Part shown: positions 19,208 to 27,484 of the stretch, piece after piece
Numbering within the stretch: position 1 is the stretch's first letter
Layout: every line of letters starts with the position of its first letter
Source: an uncultured Candidatus Saccharibacteria bacterium
GTDB taxonomy: Bacteria > Patescibacteriota > Saccharimonadia > Saccharimonadales > JACDBH01
Reading direction: 5' to 3'
DNA length: 34,093 bases
Assembly (NCBI GenBank): GCA_965231105.1
Contig: OZ246417.1
Coordinates: 1 to 34,093, forward strand
Notes under the pieces: model-generated
Databases searched by the model: none
Told to the model about the DNA's origin: nothing
Seen by the model: only the letters and a program-made list of their open reading frames with translations
Made by a program: the position numbers and the translations under genes

Positions 19208-19246
19208 GTCAAAACGTACTCATTGCTTGTTATTAAGTAGTTCAAT

Positions 19247-19276
19247 TTGAAAAACCCCTAGCATAAGGGTTATACT
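19247..19276 (+). promoter_or_regulatory. Sigma70 promoter of ftsA
   Basis: TTGAAA-18 nt-TATACT, 9 nt before ATG. Confidence 0.6.
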
Positions 19277-19285
19277 TGCAAGCAT

Positions 19286-20530
19286 ATGCGTGATCACGCT
19301 TTTCCGCACTTTGTCGGTATTGATATCGGCACGAGCACCGTACGGTGTGTTGTTGGTATGTTCGACAATCCGGAAAGCACTACACCCTCTCTAATCGGCT
19401 ATGGCTCCGCTACTAATAGCGGTATGCGTAAAGGTGTTGTATCTCATGTTGAAGAAGTTGCTCAGGCTATTACCCAAGCTGTGACCGAAGCAGAACGGTT
19501 AAGCGGTATTCGTATTAATAGTGCGACGGTAAACATTGGTGGGGCACATGTTGCGGGCGTAAACTCTCGAGGTGTTATTGCGATCTCGACTGCTAATAGG
19601 GAAATTACGCTTGAAGATAGACTGCGTGTTGAAGAAGCGGCAACTATTATTCAGTTACCGCCTAACAGGGACATTATTCAGGTTTTCGCAAAGAACTATC
19701 GTTTAGATGGCCAGGATAACATTAAGGATCCGGTTGGTATGAATGGAGTGCGACTTGAAGTTGATACTCACATCGTGACCGCTGCGACCCCTAGCCTCAA
19801 GAGTCTTACCTCCGCGCTTGAAAAGGCAAGTATTCACCCGAGTCACTATACTGTTTCCAGCCTTGCTGCAGCCGAAGCAGTCATGACCCGTCAGCAGAAA
19901 GAATCAGGCACCTGTCTATTAGATATAGGTGCAGGGACTACTAGCTTAGTAGTGTTCGAAGACGGGGAAGTACAACATGTTGCAGTCCTGCCTATTGGCG
20001 GTATGCACCTCACCAATGACCTCGCAATTGGTCTGAGAACAGATCTCGATATTGCCGAAGCTGCCAAGCTGCAATTTGGTACGGTTAAACCCGAAGCAAA
20101 GATTAACAGACAAGTGCGAGTGAAGCATGATGGCCAAGATCATATGTTCAATCAAGGTGATATTCATATGATCCTTGAGGCTCGGATTGAAGAACTCTTA
20201 GAGTACGTAGATAAAGAGTTAAAGAAGATTCAAAAATCACGTAAACTCCCCGGTGGAGTGATCATTGTGGGGGGCAGCTCTAAGCTACCTGGTCTTGCAG
20301 CATATGTGCGCGACACGCTTCAGCTATCGGCACGCATTGGTCATTTGCAGCCACTAGGTGGTTTAGTGGACGCGATTCAGGACGAACCTTACACTACGGC
20401 AATTGGTCTTATGTGGCTCGATATGCTGCTTGGACAATCTGCTGACTCAGCCGCAACAGGGGTGGGAAGCGGCAATGGGCTCGTACAAACTGCCACAAAT
20501 GTGTTCAAACGGTTCAAACGAAAGAGCTGA
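19286..20530 (+). CDS. ftsA: Cell division protein FtsA
   Basis: GIDIGTS, SGMRKGVV, LLDIGAGTT, GGMHLTNDLAIGL, GGSSKLPG. Confidence 0.98.
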   Translation: MRDHAFPHFVGIDIGTSTVRCVVGMFDNPESTTPSLIGYGSATNSGMRKGVVSHVEEVAQAITQAVTEAERLSGIRINSATVNIGGAHVAGVNSRGVIAISTANREITLEDRLRVEEAATIIQLPPNRDIIQVFAKNYRLDGQDNIKDPVGMNGVRLEVDTHIVTAATPSLKSLTSALEKASIHPSHYTVSSLAAAEAVMTRQQKESGTCLLDIGAGTTSLVVFEDGEVQHVAVLPIGGMHLTNDLAIGLRTDLDIAEAAKLQFGTVKPEAKINRQVRVKHDGQDHMFNQGDIHMILEARIEELLEYVDKELKKIQKSRKLPGGVIIVGGSSKLPGLAAYVRDTLQLSARIGHLQPLGGLVDAIQDEPYTTAIGLMWLDMLLGQSADSAATGVGSGNGLVQTATNVFKRFKRKS

Positions 20531-20616
20531 TAACATTTTTTGTCCATAACTGTTGTAAGCAGTGATGGGTTGGCTTATACTTTAAGGTAGTTAGTGTGAA
20601 CAAGGAGCTTTGATCA

Positions 20617-21945
20617 ATGCCACAGGTAAACCCGACGATAGAAACATTTGCCAGAATTTTAGTAGTAGGAGTCGGAGGGGCTGGTGGTGCTGCCATCAAC
20701 CGTATGATCGAAGCGGGTGTGGGTGGTGTTGATTTTGTTGCCGTTAATACAGACGCTCAGGCGCTCCATCATTCTTTAGCTCCAATCAAAATTCATATTG
20801 GTAACGATGCAACCCGTGGCCTTGGTGCTGGTGCTGATCCATTAGTTGGTCAGCGTTCAGCCGAAGAATCGAAGGCCGAACTTGAAAAAGTCTTACAAGG
20901 CGCAGACATGATCTTTATTACGCTTGGTGCCGGTGGTGGTACTGGTTCTGGTGCGGGTCCTGTCGTAGCAGAGATTGCCAAGGCTACTAATGCGCTCGTC
21001 GTGGCATTCGCCACGAAGCCTTTTGCGTTTGAAGGTGCAAAGCGTCGCCGCAACGCAGAGATTGCCATCGAATCATTACGCCGTAATGTCGATACGCTTA
21101 TTACTGTTCCGAATGACCGTTTATTACAAACTATTGATCGCCACACACCACTACTCGAAGCCTTTAAAGTAGCTGATGATGTCTTACGCCAAGGTGTACA
21201 GGGTATCTCAGATCTTATTACGGTGAATGGTCTTATTAACCTAGACTTTGCCGATGTAAAGACGGTCATGAGCAATGCTGGTTCAGCGCTTATGGGTATT
21301 GGCCGGGCCAGTGGTGAGAACCGCGCCATTGAGGCTGCTCAGCAATCTATTGAATCACCGTTACTTGAAGTCTCAATCGATGGCGCCCGCGGCATCTTGT
21401 TCAACATCATTGGTGGCAATGATATGACCATGCATGAGATAAATGCAGCGGCTGAAGCCATTACAAGTGCTGCAGATCCTGATGCTAATATCATATTTGG
21501 TGCTACGATCAATCCTGAGCTCCAAGGCGAAATGATTATTACCGTGGTAGCAACCGGTTTTGATGCCGCCTATTTCCAATCACGTGCGGCAATGCCTCAT
21601 GTAACAGGCAGTAGTGCTACAACATCTGATGATGACGAAGTGGCTGAAGCGGTTGAACAAACCACAGAAGAAGAAGTGCAAAGTATTGATATGGATATCA
21701 ATAAACACGAAGCTGATGAAGCTGCGAAAGAATTCCAAAAAGAAGACACTGGTCCAAGCATTTGGCACATGAATGACGCAAATGGGGATGAGGATAACAA
21801 GGCAGAAGAGGCCGCAAGCAGCTTCTTCGGTGGCATCGATAAAAAAGAGGAAGATGACCTTGAAAAACCTTCATTCTTACGACGGCTTAAAAGACAAAAA
21901 ACAGATAGCAAAGATGGTAAAAAGGACAACAAAAGCGGCCAATAA
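20617..21945 (+). CDS. ftsZ: Cell division protein FtsZ
   Basis: [23 protein letters not shown] tubulin motif, NLDFADV, acidic linker, C-terminal [11 protein letters not shown]. Confidence 0.99.
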   Translation: MPQVNPTIETFARILVVGVGGAGGAAINRMIEAGVGGVDFVAVNTDAQALHHSLAPIKIHIGNDATRGLGAGADPLVGQRSAEESKAELEKVLQGADMIFITLGAGGGTGSGAGPVVAEIAKATNALVVAFATKPFAFEGAKRRRNAEIAIESLRRNVDTLITVPNDRLLQTIDRHTPLLEAFKVADDVLRQGVQGISDLITVNGLINLDFADVKTVMSNAGSALMGIGRASGENRAIEAAQQSIESPLLEVSIDGARGILFNIIGGNDMTMHEINAAAEAITSAADPDANIIFGATINPELQGEMIITVVATGFDAAYFQSRAAMPHVTGSSATTSDDDEVAEAVEQTTEEEVQSIDMDINKHEADEAAKEFQKEDTGPSIWHMNDANGDEDNKAEEAASSFFGGIDKKEEDDLEKPSFLRRLKRQKTDSKDGKKDNKSGQ

Positions 21946-21986
21946 CGCTTACGCTTTGCAGTGTAAATAATACACTAAGAATTCGC

Positions 21987-22042
21987 TTGAAAAACACCAT
22001 CAGTGGGGCTATGATCAATCCCGGATACACTATATGTGGTTT
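21987..22042 (+). promoter_or_regulatory. nrdR-nrdJ promoter with two NrdR-box-like sites
   Basis: TTGAAA (21987)-17 nt-TATGAT (22010). Boxes ACACCATCAGTGGGGC (21994-22009) and ACACTATATGTGGTTT (22027-22042) resemble the NrdR consensus acaCwAtATaTwGtgt. Confidence 0.7.
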
Positions 22043-22120
22043 TTAGACTACAGGAGTGGTAGTACATTTTAAGAAGTAACTTTTATATACTACGTATATA
22101 AAAGTAGGAAGGAAGAGCGG

Positions 22121-22594
22121 ATGAAATGCAGCCAATGCTCGTTCGAAGACTCAAAGGTTATCGAATCGAGAGATGTGGCCGACGGCAAAGCCATTCGGCG
22201 TCGTCGTGAGTGTATTTCCTGTAACCATCGCTTCACAACCTATGAGCGGATTGAACGTCCTCAATTGGTCGTTATTAAGAATAGTGGCACGAGAGAGTTG
22301 TTTGATCGCGATAAGTTGTTGGCTGGGCTTTACCGAGCATGCGAGAAAACGAATGTGACAAGTGTTGAGCTTGAACATCTCGTAGCTCGTATCGAAGATA
22401 AGCTGCATGCCTGCGGTGAAAATGATATCCCTTCACACCAGATTGGCGAACTCGTGATGAACGAGCTTGCTGCCTTAAATGAAGTTGCTTATGTACGTTT
22501 TGCGAGCGTCTATAGACGATTTAAGGATATTGCTGGGTTTGAAGAGGAGTTATCACAGATAAAGCACTTGCGCACCGAACCCGTCAACCCTTAG
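22121..22594 (+). CDS. nrdR: Transcriptional repressor NrdR
   Basis: MKCSQC...SKVIESR...IRRRRECISCNHRFTTYE, ATP cone, VAYVRFASVYRRF. Confidence 0.99.
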   Translation: MKCSQCSFEDSKVIESRDVADGKAIRRRRECISCNHRFTTYERIERPQLVVIKNSGTRELFDRDKLLAGLYRACEKTNVTSVELEHLVARIEDKLHACGENDIPSHQIGELVMNELAALNEVAYVRFASVYRRFKDIAGFEEELSQIKHLRTEPVNP

Positions 22595-22756
22595 AGCACC
22601 TACATAAAAATGGGTGGTTGACGACTCCCAATCAAGTTTTATACGATATATATGCTATAAAACGGGAGCGTTCGTTTTAGCCGAAAAAGAGAGACGACTA
22701 AAACGAAAACTCTAAGACAAAAACACTATTAAAATCTAATCAAAAGTGAGGGTAGA

Positions 22757-25537
22757 TTGATGGCACAGGCAACTGGCTTGGGAGTTCGAAGACTCTTTAC
22801 AAAACCAAAATCGAAAGCGTATGACGCATTCACATGGGTTAAGCGCGACTCTGTTATTACTAATCCAATGACCAAGAAGCCTGTCTTTGAGCAGCTGGGT
22901 GTTGAGTTCCCGGAATCTTGGTCAATGAATGCCATTAATATTGTGGCTCAGAAGTATTTTACCGGTACTCCTGGTACTGATGAGCGTGAGAGTTCACTCA
23001 AGCACCTCGTTGATCGTGTTGCTGATACGATTACTCGTCAAGGTAAGCAGGAAGGTTATTTTGAAACTGATTCAGAAGCAGAAGACTTCCGTGAGGAATT
23101 AAAATACATCCTCGCCTCACAGCGAGCTGCTTTTAACAGTCCTGTGTGGTTTAACATCGGTGCACCATCACGTGCTCAGCAGGCCAGCGCCTGTTTCATC
23201 TTAGCCGTTGACGACACGATGCCTTCTATCCTTAACTGGTACCGTGAAGAAGGTATGATCTTTAAGGGTGGATCTGGTTCAGGTGTTAATGTGAGCTCTA
23301 TTCGCTCAAGCAAAGAGAAGCTTGGCAAGAGTGCCGGTACTGCATCTGGTCCGTTGTCATTTATGCGTGGGGCTGATGCTTCGGCTGGTGCTATTAAGAG
23401 CGGTGGTAAGACTCGTCGTGCTGCCAAGATGGTGATTATGAATGTTGATCACCCTGATGTGCGTGAGTTCATCTGGTGTAAGGCAATTGAAGAGCGCAAA
23501 GCATGGGTACTTAAAGAGAGCGGCTTTGACATGGACCTTGATGGCAAGGACTCATTCTCTGTTCAGTACCAGAATGCGAACAACTCTGTTCGTGTCACTG
23601 ACGACTTCATGAAAGCAGTTGAAGCAGATGGCGACTGGGATCTTCGAGCTGTTACAACAGGCAAGAGCATTGAAACTGTAAAGGCTCGTGATATTTGGCG
23701 ACAGATCGCTGAAGCAGCATGGGAATGTGCCGATCCAGGTCTGCAGTTCGATACAACGGTTAATAACTGGCACACCACCCCAAACGCTGGTCGTATCAAT
23801 GGTTCTAACCCTTGTTCTGAGTATATGCACCTTGATAACTCAGCCTGTAACCTCGCGAGCATTAACTTGCTTCACTTCTTAAACGATGACTTCAGTTTTG
23901 ATATTGAAGCCTTCAAGCACACCGTTGAGGTTATCTTTACTGCTCAGGAAATCCTTGTTGGTTACTCAGAGTACCCAACCGAGAAGATCACCAAGAATGC
24001 TCGTGCCTACCGCGAACTTGGTATTGGCTACGCAAACTTGGGTGCACTTTTGATGGCTATGGGTCTTCCATATGATTCAGACGAGGGTCGTGCTATCGCT
24101 GCTGCCGTGACTGCCTTAATGACCGGACATAGCTATGCAACCTCTGCACGCTTGGCTCGCCAAGTCGGACCATTTGCTGGATTCCATAAGGACCGCGAAG
24201 GCATGTTAAACGTACTTCGCATGCACCGTGCGGAAGTAAGCAAGATCGATGCTAGCTTGGTATCTGAAGAACTTCTGAGTGCTGCAGCCAGTGCATGGGA
24301 TGAAGCAGTTGAGCTCGGTGAACTCTATGGGGTTCGTAACTCACAGGCTTCATTGCTTGCTCCAACCGGCACCATCGGTTTCATGATGGACTGTGATACT
24401 ACTGGTATCGAACCAGACCTTGGGTTGGTTAAGTTTAAGAAGTTAGTTGGTGGTGGCACCATGACCATCGTGAACCAAACTGTTCCACGTGCATTAAAGG
24501 CCTTAGGCTATAACAAGAAGCAAATCGATGCGATCGTAAAGCACATCGATGAAGAGAAGACAATCTTAGGTGCTCCAGGCCTCAAGAAGGAGCATGAACC
24601 AGTCTTTGCATGTTCAATGGGTGACAATGCTATCCATTACACCGGTCACGTTAAGATGATGGGCGCTGTACAGCCATTCCTTTCCGGTGCTATCTCTAAG
24701 ACGGTAAACATGCCAGAAGAAGTAACGGTTGAAGAAATCGAACAGCTACACTTTGACTCATGGAAGCTCGGCCTTAAGGCAGTTGCTATCTATCGAGACA
24801 ACTGTAAGGTTGGTCAGCCGCTGTCTATGCTTAAGAAGGGTGGAGACGAAAAGAACGAAGTTGCTGCAACCAAAGCTACAGATACCCTTAATGAGAAGAT
24901 CATTGTAAAGGGAACGGTTCGCCGTAAGTTGCCTCGTGTTCGCAACTCAAAGACCTATCACTTTGAACTTGCCGACCTTGATGGTTACTTCACTGTTGGT
25001 GAATATGAAGACGGTGCTCCTGGTGAACTGTTCGTGAGTATCAGCAAGCAGGGTTCAACTATGTCTGGTCTCATGGACTCCTTCGCTATCAGTGTGAGCC
25101 ATGGTCTCCAGTATGGCGTGCCACTTAAGAGCTACGTAAAGACACTGCGTGGCACCAGCTTTGCGCCAGCCGGTATTACGGATGATCCAGATATCCGTAC
25201 CGCAAGCTCGCTTACTGACTATATCGTTCGCCGCCTAGCTCTCGACTACCTCAGTTTTGATGATCGTCTTGAGCTTGGTATGGCAGATATCGATGATATG
25301 CCAGAAGAGCAGACGAGTCTCTTAAGCGAAGATACGGTTCACCCCGTTGAGGAGCCAAAAGTGGCTGTAGCTGCTGCAGCTGCACCAACACCGGTTGCGG
25401 TTGCCGAAGCGCCAAAGCCAAAGGCTGCCAAGCGCGATGAAGCTGCGCCACTCTGTTACAACTGTGGTAACCAGACCCAAAAAGCCGGTACCTGCTATGT
25501 CTGTACCAGCTGCGGTTCAACCACTGGCTGCTCTTGA
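22757..25537 (+). CDS. nrdJ: Class II (adenosylcobalamin-dependent) ribonucleotide reductase with a C-terminal TSCPD/zinc-ribbon region
   Basis: FNSPVWFN, SACFIL, KSGGKTRRAAKM, SNPCSEY, ACNLAS, APTGTI, SGAISKTVN, and a C-terminal CYNCG...CTSCG...GCS. Confidence 0.97.
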   Translation: MMAQATGLGVRRLFTKPKSKAYDAFTWVKRDSVITNPMTKKPVFEQLGVEFPESWSMNAINIVAQKYFTGTPGTDERESSLKHLVDRVADTITRQGKQEGYFETDSEAEDFREELKYILASQRAAFNSPVWFNIGAPSRAQQASACFILAVDDTMPSILNWYREEGMIFKGGSGSGVNVSSIRSSKEKLGKSAGTASGPLSFMRGADASAGAIKSGGKTRRAAKMVIMNVDHPDVREFIWCKAIEERKAWVLKESGFDMDLDGKDSFSVQYQNANNSVRVTDDFMKAVEADGDWDLRAVTTGKSIETVKARDIWRQIAEAAWECADPGLQFDTTVNNWHTTPNAGRINGSNPCSEYMHLDNSACNLASINLLHFLNDDFSFDIEAFKHTVEVIFTAQEILVGYSEYPTEKITKNARAYRELGIGYANLGALLMAMGLPYDSDEGRAIAAAVTALMTGHSYATSARLARQVGPFAGFHKDREGMLNVLRMHRAEVSKIDASLVSEELLSAAASAWDEAVELGELYGVRNSQASLLAPTGTIGFMMDCDTTGIEPDLGLVKFKKLVGGGTMTIVNQTVPRALKALGYNKKQIDAIVKHIDEEKTILGAPGLKKEHEPVFACSMGDNAIHYTGHVKMMGAVQPFLSGAISKTVNMPEEVTVEEIEQLHFDSWKLGLKAVAIYRDNCKVGQPLSMLKKGGDEKNEVAATKATDTLNEKIIVKGTVRRKLPRVRNSKTYHFELADLDGYFTVGEYEDGAPGELFVSISKQGSTMSGLMDSFAISVSHGLQYGVPLKSYVKTLRGTSFAPAGITDDPDIRTASSLTDYIVRRLALDYLSFDDRLELGMADIDDMPEEQTSLLSEDTVHPVEEPKVAVAAAAAPTPVAVAEAPKPKAAKRDEAAPLCYNCGNQTQKAGTCYVCTSCGSTTGCS

Positions 25538-25558
25538 TCCTAAAAGAGCAGCAGAGAA

Positions 25559-25589
25559 AAGAAGAGCTCCCTAAAAAGGAGCTTTTCTT
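25559..25589. terminator. Bidirectional terminator between nrdJ and the HAD gene
   Basis: AAGAAGAGCTCC-7 nt-GGAGCTTTTCTT, with A-run and U-run flanks. Confidence 0.8.
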
Positions 25590-25607
25590 ATGTTTAGAAT
25601 AAATATA

Positions 25608-26423
25608 TTACCTTCTAGCCAGGATTGCGGGAAGTTCAGATAGGGAAGTAATAATATGGGTCGCACCAGCTTTTCTGAGGACTGACTCGTCTTCAAAACC
25701 GTGCGTAATACCTATACCTTCCGCAATTCCTGCGCTTGCCCCGGATTGGATGTCGTAGGTATGATCACCCATGACAGCGGCATTTTCAGGACGTACCCCT
25801 AAGCGCTCCAGGGCTATCAGCGCACTTAAAGGATCGGGTTTTGTTCGTTCCTGTACGTCATCACAGGTAACAACTGTAAGTTTTGGGATATTAAATACTT
25901 CTTCTAGTCTCTCCGTAAACATGTTTAATTTCGTAGGATCGTCAATACTTCGATCTTGATAAAGTGAACTGTAGCTACCAACTCGATCTTTCAATGCAAT
26001 ACCGAAGTTTCTTACGATATGATGGGGTGTACCACTGGTAAAAATTCCCAGCTTAATCCCCATCCTTCCTATCTTAGCTAAAGTATCGGCAAGATGAGGA
26101 AAAGGCTGTATATATTCAGGGGCGAGCCTATCTTGAATAGGGTCAAGGAGCGCATGCAGTTCGTCATAATCCATGCCTTCGAGATGATGAGTCCGGTCTT
26201 CATAGAGTGCACGAACTGTACGCTCTAAGGTTTGACGAGCGCTTCCGCCTACCACCTGGTTGAGAAGTTTTTCATATTGATCATACTGAGGTATGTCTCC
26301 TGCAGGTACGCCGTGATGGCGGAGGAAGGTAACGGCAGTTTCGTATTGTCCATGACGAATAAGGGGTACCGTGTTTACTAAGGTACCGTCTGCATCGGAA
26401 ATAAGGGCTTCAAAAGCTTGCAT
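25608..26423 (-). CDS. HAD-superfamily hydrolase (phosphatase-like)
   Basis: Motif I ISDADGTL, motif II FTSG, KPDP, motif IV MGDHTYDI. The start is probably at 26423 or 26429, not 26492. Confidence 0.9.
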   Translation of the reverse strand: MQAFEALISDADGTLVNTVPLIRHGQYETAVTFLRHHGVPAGDIPQYDQYEKLLNQVVGGSARQTLERTVRALYEDRTHHLEGMDYDELHALLDPIQDRLAPEYIQPFPHLADTLAKIGRMGIKLGIFTSGTPHHIVRNFGIALKDRVGSYSSLYQDRSIDDPTKLNMFTERLEEVFNIPKLTVVTCDDVQERTKPDPLSALIALERLGVRPENAAVMGDHTYDIQSGASAGIAEGIGITHGFEDESVLRKAGATHIITSLSELPAILARR

Positions 26424-26515
26424 AACCATAAAATAACACAGATTACACTTATAAATGAAACTTCTCTCGGAAGGATTACATACAAGACTCACGAAAACCG
26501 GTATACTAAGCAGGT

Positions 26516-26782
26516 ATGAAAGTGCTTATCTTTTACAGGCCAGATTCAGAACATGCTCGTAGTGTCGAAGAATTTGTTCACGACTTCGGTAAACAATATC
26601 CAGACTTAAGTCTCACGCTCGTTAACCCCGATACCATTGATGGCAGCCAAAAGGCTGAAGTCTATGATGTGATGAGCTACCCGACCACCATTGCAATTAG
26701 CAATGATGGCAGTATTTTGTCTCGGTGGGATAATGGTGGCATGCCCCTTATGAACGAAGTGGCTTATTACGCCAATCAGTAA
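26516..26782 (+). CDS. Small thioredoxin/glutaredoxin-fold-like protein without cysteines
   Basis: beta-alpha-beta pattern, AEVYDVMSYPT (cis-Pro-like), SEHA in place of CxxC. Confidence 0.65.
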   Translation: MKVLIFYRPDSEHARSVEEFVHDFGKQYPDLSLTLVNPDTIDGSQKAEVYDVMSYPTTIAISNDGSILSRWDNGGMPLMNEVAYYANQ

Positions 26783-26817
26783 TTGTACTTTATGTGTATT
26801 GGTATTAGGATATAGTC

Positions 26818-27252
26818 ATGAACAAACCCGCCGTTATTACAGCAGGAATGCTAGGCCTAGGAACTGGTGTATCAGTTGGTGAAGTAGCTCAGCGACTAGA
26901 GATTAATAGTGCAAAACAAGATGTAGAAGATGGAGCCATTTGTATTGCAGGCGAAGTGCCTGTACGACAAGAAGAGGATGGGCTGCTTCATTGTCTCGAT
27001 ATTACTTTAGAAGTAGCGGACGAAGTGTCTGAAGGCTCGACAGTATCCATCGACTGGCAAGCTACCGAAGAGCGACTCCATGGGAGTTTGCAATTTGCTC
27101 AAGATAAAGAAAGACGAGCAGGGTTGGACGGTATATTCGGGGTAATGGGAGCTGCTCTGGTAGGTGGCGTTGTCTATATAGTCACTGAGGGGCATATGCG
27201 GTCTCGCTTTTACGCGCCAAAAAAGTTCAGTAGTTCACGACGTTTAGCGTAA
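26818..27252 (+). CDS. Hypothetical membrane protein (144 aa)
   Basis: N- and C-terminal hydrophobic segments; TTGTAC-17 nt-TAGGAT promoter 6 nt before ATG. Confidence 0.6.
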   Translation: MNKPAVITAGMLGLGTGVSVGEVAQRLEINSAKQDVEDGAICIAGEVPVRQEEDGLLHCLDITLEVADEVSEGSTVSIDWQATEERLHGSLQFAQDKERRAGLDGIFGVMGAALVGGVVYIVTEGHMRSRFYAPKKFSSSRRLA

Positions 27253-27256
27253 GCGT

Positions 27257-27285
27257 TTGTGCTTTTTTGAGTAACAGAGTAAAAT
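27257..27285 (+). promoter_or_regulatory. Sigma70 promoter of the ileS leader
   Basis: TTGTGC-17 nt-TAAAAT; predicted start about 27292, just before T-box Stem I. Confidence 0.7.
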
Positions 27286-27294
27286 GCCAGTAAA

Positions 27295-27479
27295 TGCATT
27301 TGAGATGGCTATCAACCATCAAGCAGTGGGAAGAAATCGGATAAGAGAGTAGAACCCACCGGCAGAGATCTCCGTAAAGATCGTAACTAAGAGCCATTTC
27401 TTTGGAAGTCAGATGGTACCTCCGGACCACCCGGATCTGACAGCAGAAGAAGTGGCTTTTTGCTTTTAGAAAGGAGCAA
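27295..27479 (+). promoter_or_regulatory. T-box riboswitch (tRNA-Ile, ultrashort Stem I, probably translational)
   Basis: Stem I GATGG-ctATCaa-CCATC (AUC specifier); Stem II GTGGG-AAGAA...AGTA-GAA-CCCAC; IIA/B pseudoknot CGG..GATC..CCG..GATC; discriminator GTCAGA-TGGTACC-TCCGG-accac-CCGGA-TCTGAC; SD hairpin TTGCTTTT/AGGAGCAA. Confidence 0.92.
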
Positions 27480-27484
27480 ACACT

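Noticed and set aside
22595-22756. Canonical cobalamin riboswitch before nrdJ
   Set aside because: No B12-box or conserved cobalamin core could be found, and the region is short and AT-rich. Kept only as an unassigned structured leader.
25527-25552. 9-bp hairpin over the nrdJ Cys-Ser-TGA end as a SECIS or read-through signal
   Set aside because: The stem includes the codons before UGA rather than following it, and an in-frame TAA comes two codons later. More likely a 3' stability or terminator-associated hairpin.
26424-26492. Cys-rich N-terminal extension of the HAD ORF
   Set aside because: It overlaps the divergent promoter region; HAD motif I position favours a start at 26423 or 26429.
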